From: an uncultured bacterium
Lineage (GTDB): Bacteria; Fidelibacterota; Fidelibacteria; Fidelibacterales; Fidelibacteraceae
Reading direction: 5' to 3'
DNA length: 44,307 nt
Assembly: GCA_964452375.1 (NCBI GenBank)
Contig: CAYVLJ010000001.1
Span: 2,703 to 47,009 of the forward strand
A program made the translations under genes and the position numbers. Positions within the stretch are counted from its first letter, which is position 1. Each line of letters begins with the position of its first letter. The notes under the pieces are model-generated. The model saw nothing but the letters and a program-made list of their open reading frames with translations. It had not been told where the DNA came from and ran no database searches. Positions 1 through 8,300 of the stretch are shown piece by piece.

Positions 1-483
1 TTTATCGGTGTAATGCTTATTCTTATGAAGGCACCCGCACTGTTGGCCAAAGATACGTTTTCAAAACACAGCTTATCTGCCAATCTTGGTGGTCCCGGAG
101 CGCTTGCAACATTTGAATATCAATATCAAATCCGTTCAAGTGAAAAAAGCAGCTTTTTTCTTACCGCCGGCATGGGAAACGCATTGCTGATGTTTTCCTT
201 TCCTCTCGGATTCAATTATACCTATGGAGATAAAAATCAATTATTGGCGGGCGCTCACTTTGTTCCTCTGGCAATTTATTCCGATCTATTTGGCAGTTTT
301 TTATCTTCTGATCAAAGCGATTCGTGGCAAATAGCCTATGCATTTTCTCCTCGTTTCGGTTATCGCAGAATGATCAACGGCCTTAATGGAGATTCATATT
401 TTCAAATATATTTTTCACCTCTTTTCGGTTTACAGGGCGGATTTTTTCCCAGTGGCGGAATTGGATGGGGAGTATATCTGTAA
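1..483 (+). CDS. small predicted outer-membrane beta-barrel protein, paralog A (N-terminus probably cut by window edge)
   Basis: The reading frame is open back to base 1, with no stop upstream of the listed Met at 13. It shares the opening LSxNxGGP...EYQYQ, a Gly/Tyr/Phe-rich alternating pattern and its length with the next ORF. It has no Cys and a hydrophobic C-terminus (GVYL). Confidence 0.5.
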   Translation, partial: FIGVMLILMKAPALLAKDTFSKHSLSANLGGPGALATFEYQYQIRSSEKSSFFLTAGMGNALLMFSFPLGFNYTYGDKNQLLAGAHFVPLAIYSDLFGSFLSSDQSDSWQIAYAFSPRFGYRRMINGLNGDSYFQIYFSPLFGLQGGFFPSGGIGWGVYL

Positions 484-513
484 TACATTTTATTAGCAAC
501 TCTTGAGGTGAAT

Positions 514-957
514 ATGAAAAAGATCATTATCTTGTTGTTGGTTTTTTGCCTGACTGTTTTTGCCTTTGCGGAAGATAAACCCTACCGTCATGGACTTTCA
601 TTGAACTACGGCGGCCCTTCATCAAAGTTTCATGCTGAATACCAGTACCAGCTCATAGCAAAAGAAAAACACCATTTGGGTGTTTCTGCCGGTGTAGGTT
701 ATATATTTGGCGGCGTCGGTATTCCGATCGGTGTCCAATACCGCTTTGGAAAGATCCATCAGCTTGAAACGGGATTATATTATTCACAACTGGCATCCAG
801 TGTTACGACGAGTTTTAATATTTCCCTGAGATTGGGTTATCGGTTCAACTATAAGCAATTCTTTGCCCATGCTTATGTTTCACCCTGGATGGGTGTCAGT
901 TATTCAGGCTCACCCTGGATGGGATTTGGTATTGGTATGTTTCTTGATTCTTTTTGA
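514..957 (+). CDS. small predicted outer-membrane beta-barrel protein, paralog B (signal peptide)
   Basis: ATG at 514 is preceded by GAGGTG; the listed GTG at 508 is less likely. Signal peptide MKKIIILLLVFCLTVFAFA. Mature part is about 125 aa with the LSLNYGGP...EYQYQ motif and a terminal Phe (LDSF) typical of OMP beta-signals. Confidence 0.6.
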   Translation: MKKIIILLLVFCLTVFAFAEDKPYRHGLSLNYGGPSSKFHAEYQYQLIAKEKHHLGVSAGVGYIFGGVGIPIGVQYRFGKIHQLETGLYYSQLASSVTTSFNISLRLGYRFNYKQFFAHAYVSPWMGVSYSGSPWMGFGIGMFLDSF

Positions 958-987
958 AATTCCATTGCTTTATTATAAATTAATTCT

Positions 988-1860
988 ATGATAAAAAATA
1001 TACTGCTTCGATCATTTCAAATTTTATCCATCATTCTTCTGGCTTTCCTGACAGTCAGCACTTTTATGCCATTGAAAGAGGATGCGGGATTCTTATTTCT
1101 GAATCGTTTTTATGATTCGCCCCTAAATTTCGCCCTGTGGATATTGATGGCGGTATTGCTCGTTGCAGCCGTGCTTTTTAAAGGAATACGTTCACCCCGG
1201 CAGAAATTCCTGCACCTGGCCTTAGCCATTATCATTGTTCTTTTTATTATTGATAAATCGACAAACGAACGTTTTTATATGACGTTAAAAGAGGGAAATA
1301 CCACAGATCTGTCCAATTACATTGATTCTGACCCTGAGATATATGATGTTGATATAAAACTCAAACGTTTTGAGATCGATCTTCACGAAGATGAACAGTC
1401 ACCTAGATCTTATCGCAGTTATCTGAAGCTGAATGATAAAGATGTTGTTCTGGAAGTGAACAAACCGCTGGCGATCGGTCGATATCGCTTGTATCAGTCC
1501 GCTTTTGAAAAGCATTATTATTTTGATCTTCAGATCGGAAGCAAACATTATGAACTTAGTTTTGGTGATACGATAAAGAACGCGCAAGAAAAAATAATCG
1601 TGCTTGATGATTACAACAGCCGTATCAGACATTTCCGTTTGATCGTTGATGAGCAAACGCGTTGGCTGCCACTAAACTCACCGGTTATGATCGACGATGA
1701 CGAGTGGAGCATTACTTCCATTGGCGAGGTTTACAGTTCGGTGATCGAAGTGGTGGAAGTGCGTGGGTTGTTTTGGCTTCTGCTGGCCGGTATTCTTTAT
1801 TTGGCCTTCATGGCCTGGGATTTCTGGAAGCCCAAAAAGCAACAAGAGGAGACGGCTTAA
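988..1860 (+). CDS. ccsB: cytochrome c biogenesis protein, ResB/CcsB-like (short form)
   Basis: N-terminal TM segments, a soluble loop and a C-terminal TM. ResB/Ccs1-type motif VNKPLAIGRYRLYQSAF. The stop overlaps the ccsA start (TAATG, 1858-1862). Confidence 0.65.
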   Translation: MIKNILLRSFQILSIILLAFLTVSTFMPLKEDAGFLFLNRFYDSPLNFALWILMAVLLVAAVLFKGIRSPRQKFLHLALAIIIVLFIIDKSTNERFYMTLKEGNTTDLSNYIDSDPEIYDVDIKLKRFEIDLHEDEQSPRSYRSYLKLNDKDVVLEVNKPLAIGRYRLYQSAFEKHYYFDLQIGSKHYELSFGDTIKNAQEKIIVLDDYNSRIRHFRLIVDEQTRWLPLNSPVMIDDDEWSITSIGEVYSSVIEVVEVRGLFWLLLAGILYLAFMAWDFWKPKKQQEETA

Positions 1861-2612
1861 TGGAAATGATCTTTCTTGTTATTGCGCTTGTTTTTTATCT
1901 CGTGTCCGCCATATTGCGTTTGTTACCGGTAAAAAAACAATATTCGGACTGGTTCTTGCTGCTCGCGGGTTTATCTCACCTGGGCTTGCTGATCACCCGG
2001 TCAGTTCTTGCTAAGCATCCGCCTTTTACGAATATCTACGAAACCTTTCTTTTACTGCCTTTCCTGCTCTTTTTGCGCATAGTTCTCTGGCCGAAACGCC
2101 ATGTTGGGTCTTACGGAATGATCATGACCTTTATTTCTGCGGCTTTTTTAACGGTTGCCCTGATCCTTCCTGCGGATATAAAAACGCCCAAACCCCTGAT
2201 GCCGGCCCTGAACAGCATTTGGATGTACATTCACGTGCCCGCCTATTTCTTTGCCTATATGGCGCTGATCGCGGCATTGGTTTATGCAGTGATGGTTCTG
2301 ACAAAAAAGGACCATGCAATCGGGGAAACAGCTAAGCGTTTGGATGAAGAGCTTAAGATCGCTTTCTTTTTCTTAAATGTCGGTTTAGTAACAGGGGCCG
2401 TTTGGGCCTACGTAAGCTGGGGCAATTACTGGTCCTGGGATCCGAAAGAAACCTGGGCGTTGATCAATGTGCTGGTGTTGTCCTATGTTTTTCATTTGAA
2501 AATACCAAATCCGCAAAAGAAAGCGTGGATCCTGATCATCGCTGTGCTGACGGTAGCTTTCACGTATTGGGGGGTCACTTATATTCTCAGCGGGTTGCAT
2601 AGTTATACATAA
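1860..2612 (+). CDS. ccsA: cytochrome c assembly protein CcsA (system II heme handling)
   Basis: Polytopic membrane protein with the Trp-rich WWD motif WGNYWSWDPKETWAL. The listed ORF start at 1704 is an upstream extension overlapping ccsB. The in-frame ATG at 1860 gives MEMIFLVIAL..., a hydrophobic N-terminus. Confidence 0.85.
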   Translation: MEMIFLVIALVFYLVSAILRLLPVKKQYSDWFLLLAGLSHLGLLITRSVLAKHPPFTNIYETFLLLPFLLFLRIVLWPKRHVGSYGMIMTFISAAFLTVALILPADIKTPKPLMPALNSIWMYIHVPAYFFAYMALIAALVYAVMVLTKKDHAIGETAKRLDEELKIAFFFLNVGLVTGAVWAYVSWGNYWSWDPKETWALINVLVLSYVFHLKIPNPQKKAWILIIAVLTVAFTYWGVTYILSGLHSYT

Positions 2613-2622
2613 GATTTATTGA

Positions 2623-2718
2623 TTTGACTCAAATCGAATTATTAAATTTGAGTCGAATTTAATTGTTATGTTTGAGTCAAATCAAATTGTTATCATTGAG
2701 TCAAACACTTCTATCTTG
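2623..2718. repeat. four tandem copies of a 24-bp repeat with a TGAGTCA/TGACTCA core, upstream of the multiheme cytochrome gene
   Basis: The copies start at 2623, 2647, 2671 and 2695, an exact 24-bp period. Their sequences are TTTGACTCAAATCGAATTATTAAA, TTTGAGTCGAATTTAATTGTTATG, TTTGAGTCAAATCAAATTGTTATC and ATTGAGTCAAACACTTCTATCTTG. Copies 2 and 3 match at 20/24 positions. Confidence 0.8.
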
Positions 2719-2744
2719 CAAATCAAACTCATATATTTTATATT
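2716..2744 (+). promoter_or_regulatory. candidate sigma70-type promoter for the cytochrome operon (TTGCAA-17 nt-TATATT)
   Basis: TTGCAA at 2716-2721, a 17-nt spacer, and TATATT at 2739-2744, about 37 nt before the ATG at 2781. RBS AGGAG lies 5 nt upstream of the start. The -35 element overlaps the last 24-bp repeat copy. Confidence 0.35.
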
Positions 2745-2780
2745 AAATAAAACAAATAATTAATCCCATTAGGAGTCAAT

Positions 2781-4118
2781 ATGAAACGCGTTGCTGTGAT
2801 TTTCATATGTGTGTTTTCTCTGTATCTCATTGCTGAAGAGATCCCTTCCGGAGAACATGCGATGGGGTCAAGAAAGTATTCGGACTATGAAAAACCCGAA
2901 AGCTGTAAAAGTTGTCACACCCGGATCTACCAGCAGTGGTCGCAATCCATGATGTCCCAGGCCTATACCCACCATTGGGATGAGATCGAATACTGGGAAC
3001 TTGCCGTGCCGCATGGTGATAAAGATCCCACCTTCAAGGCTGCCGCAGACGGCTGCAACGGCTGTCATGCTCCGCTGGCCTTTTTGGCCGGTGACGTGCC
3101 GCCGCCGAAACCCGCTGAAAACTCCCGCGCGAATGAAAGTGTGAGCTGCGACCTCTGTCACACGATAACCGGGATCAGCGGCGATCCGGTGAATTTCAAT
3201 TGGATCTCCGAACCCGGACGCACCAAATATGGGGCAAAAGAAGGACTGGAATCTCCGCACCATATTACAAAATTCAATGATATCTATACCGTTGCCGATT
3301 ATTGCGGGTCTTGTCATAACGAGCAAAATCCCTTCGGACTATGGGTTAAGTCCACTCAGATCGAATGGGAAGAAGGACCCTACGCTGAACAAGGTGTCCC
3401 CTGCTTTGTGTGCCATATGCCGAAAGCTCCCGGACGAAGCGCGCCCATGGCGGAAGAAAGTATGGTCGCTCAGCATATTTTTCTCGGCGCTCATAACGAA
3501 GCGAAACTGAAAAGCGCCATCGAGGTATCCATACACCCGGACGAACGGGAGATCCCATATGACGGAGCGGTTGTTTTTCAGGTCGAACTTTTCAATGCCA
3601 AGGCCGGACACAAGATCCCGACCGGTTCGGTCGAGGACCGCATTCTCTGGCTGGATGTCCGCGCCGTTGATGCCGAAGGCAAAGAATATCATCTGCCTGT
3701 AGACCTGAAAGGATTTGAAGGCGAGGAATATACGGTTGCCTCTGATGAACTTGCATACAGCGACATGGGATTTCCATTGGGGATCGAGGATTTTGAAGGC
3801 GTACAGAGAGACGGAGTTCCTGTTGGAAACCGCATTTTCCGCATGCCCTATTTCGACGAGAAAGGGATCATGACTATTCAACAATGGAATACACGCTCAT
3901 TCGGTGTTGATTATCGTGTTGGACCGCGGGAAACAAAACTGGAACATTATACCTGGTATATGCCGGATGATATCGCATTCGGCGATGTGGTCATCACGGC
4001 ACGTTTGTATTACCAAAAACTGGTTAAGCCCGTTGCGGATTTTCTGAATGTCCCGGCGGATGAAAGTGAAATGATATTAATGAATGAAGCCTCAACAACA
4101 ATAGAGGTTTATGATTAA
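2781..4118 (+). CDS. secreted pentaheme c-type cytochrome with a heme-free C-terminal domain
   Basis: Signal peptide. Five CxxCH motifs (CKSCH, CNGCH, CDLCH, CGSCH, CFVCH), all within residues about 42-212. Residues about 213-445 lack Cys. RBS AGGAG precedes the start. Confidence 0.85.
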   Translation: MKRVAVIFICVFSLYLIAEEIPSGEHAMGSRKYSDYEKPESCKSCHTRIYQQWSQSMMSQAYTHHWDEIEYWELAVPHGDKDPTFKAAADGCNGCHAPLAFLAGDVPPPKPAENSRANESVSCDLCHTITGISGDPVNFNWISEPGRTKYGAKEGLESPHHITKFNDIYTVADYCGSCHNEQNPFGLWVKSTQIEWEEGPYAEQGVPCFVCHMPKAPGRSAPMAEESMVAQHIFLGAHNEAKLKSAIEVSIHPDEREIPYDGAVVFQVELFNAKAGHKIPTGSVEDRILWLDVRAVDAEGKEYHLPVDLKGFEGEEYTVASDELAYSDMGFPLGIEDFEGVQRDGVPVGNRIFRMPYFDEKGIMTIQQWNTRSFGVDYRVGPRETKLEHYTWYMPDDIAFGDVVITARLYYQKLVKPVADFLNVPADESEMILMNEASTTIEVYD

Positions 4119-4128
4119 GGAGGCCGGT

Positions 4129-5313
4129 ATGAAAAAGATGAAACTGTTTTTACTTATTGTTTTGATCATCATGTTGTCGGTACAAAGCGCGATGGCGATA
4201 CCTGCGTTCGCCCGGCGATATAAATATTCATGTACTACTTGCCATGATCCCTTTCCACGTTTAAAGGATTATGGAGATGAATTTGCAGGTAACGGTTTTA
4301 TTGAACCGGATGAAGAGCGCGAGCGGGATTACGTTACGGCGGGTGACGACAAGCTTTGGCTGAATCGTGATTTTCCTTTTGCCGTTAGGTTTGATGTATA
4401 CGGACTGGCGGAAACCGGCGGTGACGTCAAGCTCGATCTTCAAACGCCTTACGGTGTTAAGCTTTTAACCGGTGGCACGCTTTACAAGAACATCGGTTAT
4501 TACATGTATTTTTATCTCTTCGAACGCGGTGAAGTAGCCGGGCTGGAAGATGCTTATATCCATTTCGATAATGTATTCAAAAGCAACCTGGATATTCTTG
4601 TTGGCCAATTCCAAACCTGCGACCCCCTTATGAAACGCGAGCTTCGCTTGACCTATGAAGATTATCATGCCTACAAGGTCAAGATCGGCGATTCGAATAT
4701 TAATCTCGCTTATGACCGGGGACTGGCTTTTGCTTACGGCATCGATAAGACCGGCACGGATATCATCGCGACGGTAACCACCGGAAACGGTATTCCGGAA
4801 GCCGGTGTCGATAAACGCTTTGACGCGGATCCCTATAAGAACTTTATGATCAGGGTAGCCCAGGGAATCGGCGAGCATATCAGTATCGGCGGGTTTTATT
4901 ATCGCGGCAAGGAGGATAAGGTCATCGACGAGGTGCTGACACCGGGATTGTCCAATACGGTCACCTATTTTGGACCGGACATTGTTCTGAGTCTCGGAAA
5001 ATTCGTTCTGACCGGACAATATCTGCGACGCCACGATTCCGATCCTCTCTTTACAGGAGGAACGTTCTCTCCCGTTACAACCCACGGTATTGTGGGGGAA
5101 CTTGTTTTTGCACCCAATTATGACCGGTCCAACACTTACTGGACATTATTATACAACCGTATAGATTCCGACCTGCCTACACATGATTACCACACCATCG
5201 CCTTTAGCGGCACATATATGATGGCGCGTAACTTGAGATTGATCGGAGAATATATCTACGACCTGGAAAATACGAACCACATGTTCATTCTGGGACTTAC
5301 CTCTGCATTCTGA
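4129..5313 (+). CDS. Cyc2-like fused monoheme cytochrome c / outer-membrane beta-barrel (porin-cytochrome)
   Basis: ATG at 4129 sits 5 nt after a strong AAGGAGG; the listed start at 4111 overlaps the upstream stop. Signal peptide ends in AMA. A single CTTCH lies 12 residues after the predicted cleavage site (IPAFARRYKYSCTTCH). The remaining about 355 aa are Gly/Tyr/Asp-rich alternating segments with one other Cys and a terminal Phe (GLTSAF). Confidence 0.6.
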   Translation: MKKMKLFLLIVLIIMLSVQSAMAIPAFARRYKYSCTTCHDPFPRLKDYGDEFAGNGFIEPDEERERDYVTAGDDKLWLNRDFPFAVRFDVYGLAETGGDVKLDLQTPYGVKLLTGGTLYKNIGYYMYFYLFERGEVAGLEDAYIHFDNVFKSNLDILVGQFQTCDPLMKRELRLTYEDYHAYKVKIGDSNINLAYDRGLAFAYGIDKTGTDIIATVTTGNGIPEAGVDKRFDADPYKNFMIRVAQGIGEHISIGGFYYRGKEDKVIDEVLTPGLSNTVTYFGPDIVLSLGKFVLTGQYLRRHDSDPLFTGGTFSPVTTHGIVGELVFAPNYDRSNTYWTLLYNRIDSDLPTHDYHTIAFSGTYMMARNLRLIGEYIYDLENTNHMFILGLTSAF

Positions 5314-5398
5314 TATCAACCGGAACCGGATCATCGAAATACTGAATATGCCTTAAAAACACCGTGGTTCAATCGTATCAATTAAAAAAGGATCGCTT

Positions 5399-8300
5399 AT
5401 GAACCGGAATATGTTTTTTAAGTTTTTTTTGATGATGCTTTTATATCCCCTGTTATTGTTATCTGCGACATGGACCCATACGGATGCGGCCACAGAACCG
5501 ATCTCCACCCGGCCTGTGATCTGCGCTGACCCATTGGGACATCTTCACATTGCATGGACGGCCAATGATCCCTACGGGGAAACACTTCATTATGCTACCA
5601 ACCAATCGGGAGATTGGACATATGCCAAACAAGTTGCCGGCGGCTCCAGCAACACGGCATATACACCATCCATAACTGTAGACCGATACGGCTTCCCCTA
5701 TATCGTTGCCAGGTTCTACAGCTATAACTACAATATTAGATACTTTACCAATGCATTTCAAACCTCGTCTTATTGGCTGGGAATGACGGCCATGGGCAAC
5801 GGGCATTATCACGAGTCTTCCATAGAGGTCGATAGTGAAAATAATGCGCATGTCTTCGCTCAGGAAGATACCTGGGGAAGCAATGTGTTTTATCAGAATC
5901 ATGATCTGGCGGATGTTGTGATCGAAGGGGGTACTTCCCAATTTTTTGCCACGGCTATCGATAAAAATGATGTACTGCACTTTTTGGGAAGTCATGAAAA
6001 TAATATCTGGTATACATACAATGACGGAACCGGCTGGAGCACACCGGATTCTATTGATCAACTTGAAATATCGACTTATCATCCGTCGCTCTTCTGCGAC
6101 GGGGATGGCAATCTGCATGCGGTTTTCGCCAGCACGAACGGTATCTATTATACAAATAATGTTTCGGGCGGCTGGAGTGTCCCGGAGCAGGTGGTTACTT
6201 CAGGCATATTTCCAAATGTTGCCGTTGATGAGAACGGCAAAGCACATATCGTTTATTATACGCAAGTCGAATACGGCGGATTGTTTTATGTAAATAACTT
6301 AAGCGGCAGTTGGTCTTCCGGCGAATTCATTGCCTCTATCAATACGGATGCCAGTCCTGCTACCGAAGATGTCGCTCACGTTGAAAGCAAGATCGCTCTT
6401 GATCTGAAGAACAGCACGGTTAATATTGTCTATATTGCTGACGGCAATACGGTCAAAGTAGCTCATACAGATGATTATGACCTCAGAGCAATACACCAAC
6501 ATGATACGACAAGTACCTGTGTCAGCCTGGGTACAATGCCTGAACTTGACACATTAAGCACATCCGTTAGCGGTTCAATAGAACTCATGAATTTTCGTAT
6601 CAGCGACGCAAGCGGGGATGGACTTCCCACCTCGATCGAGGAGATGGTCTTCCAGGCAGGCCCGGGAATGTCCGACGATCTTGTTTTTAATGATGTTTTT
6701 CAAAGTGTCTCGTTGTCGTGCTCAGACGGAAGCAGCTCTTCCTGTTCTGTTTATGGCAATAAAATTCTTGCCGGAACAAAAGACAATATTTGGAAAAATG
6801 TTCCTGATGGCGGCTCGCTTGATTTTACTTTAAGCGGAGTATTCAAAGACCCGCTCACAGATATGGACGGAAAAAGCCTTCAGGTCAAGATCAACGGATT
6901 GAACGAAATAATCGCAGATACCGCCGGTTCGGCATTTAGCAAAACCTGTGCTGATATCTGTTCCGACACGCTGTTGTTCAGAGTAGTCCCCGACCATTTT
7001 ATCTTTTTAAATCTCGGAGATGATTTTTATAACGAGAACCTGATCATTGGTTGGTGGATGCAGCTTCAGATCGTTGATGCCGCCGGGAATGTGGCTACCG
7101 GTGTGTCCGATGTCAACGTGACCCTGTCTGCCGTTGAGCTTGATGGCTTAACCCCAACGTCACTTCAGCTTCAATCTACCGAAACACTCACCAAAACATT
7201 TACCAACGGCGTGGTTAATTGGAACAATATCACCTATCCGGCTTCCGGACAGATCCGCATTCAGGCCAGTTGTGATCTCTTGACTGCAGCATCAGATACG
7301 ATAACCGTTATGCCTTTCAACCGAACGCTTTTGATCACTGCCGATGATACCATCTCGGATTTTCTGAACAGCGAAGGCATCGCACATGATTACTATCACG
7401 AAGGCAATTATCAATTTCCTACCGCAAGCAAGATCCCGGCTTATGATCATATACTAATGTGTCCGTCATTGAATTATGCCTGGTATGTCGATAGCACCAA
7501 GATCCGGTCCTTTCTGGAGAGCGGGACGGATACAAGCAGAAAATCCATGCTTGCGATGGGAGAAAGCGGATTAGGCAATGTTTATGATTCCCCCTTTGCA
7601 AAGGATTGTTTCGGTGCGACGCGCGAACAGATTTTTTCGCACCCCGGAAACGGTCTCACCGGAGTCGCGGATGATCCGGTAACAGACGGTATCCAACTTT
7701 CTGTTCCTGCCGGGAATTTGTATGAAATCATACCCTCACCCGGAGGCGCCACAGCAGTTCTGCATGAAGATCAGACCGATAAGACCGTGGGTACCCGATA
7801 TGACACACCTGCATTCAGAACGATCATGTTAACACCCGAATTTAGAAGTATATCGCCGGATATCGGACGTTCAAATCTTTTTTCTCAGATCATGGCCTGG
7901 TTTGACAGCTACGTTATTCCTGAATATCCTCCCGAATTGGCCGATCTTCCGGATATCAATATGACTGAGGACGTGATCAAACGTATCCCGCTGTCAGATT
8001 GGCATGCATACGTTTCAGATGAAGATACTCCGGCGGATTCTCTTCAATGGATAATTAGCGGATTGAATTTACTGAATTATTCGATCATACATGATACGCT
8101 GATTTTAACACCCTATGAGAATGTTTTCGGAATGGATACTATCTTCGTCACTGTCTCCGATGGTGAATACAATGATACCGATACGGTGCTGGTGACTGTT
8201 GGTCCCGTAAACGATGCACCCGAACCTTTTAACTTGCTTCTGCCAACGAATGGAACAGTCGCACCTGATACGTCATCCTTATTGCTGAGTTGGGAACCTG

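Noticed and set aside
1704-1859. The N-terminal 52-aa extension of the ccsA ORF in the track.
   Set aside because: It fully overlaps the 3' end of ccsB in another frame. It is non-hydrophobic and Gly/Arg-rich. The ATG at 1860 is translationally coupled to the ccsB stop.
2623-2718. The 24-bp repeats as a possible CRISPR array.
   Set aside because: The repeats are directly adjacent with no spacers. There are only four degenerate copies and no cas genes in the window.
3339-6118. Long antisense or alternative-frame ORFs inside the cytochrome and T9SS genes (3339..3884 -, 4465..5085 -, 5459..6118 -). Analogous cases lie outside this interval, at 15415..15903 + and 40187..40951 +.
   Set aside because: These are shadow ORFs opposite strongly supported genes. 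They have no motifs, their composition is typical of antisense translation, and they have no independent starts with an RBS.
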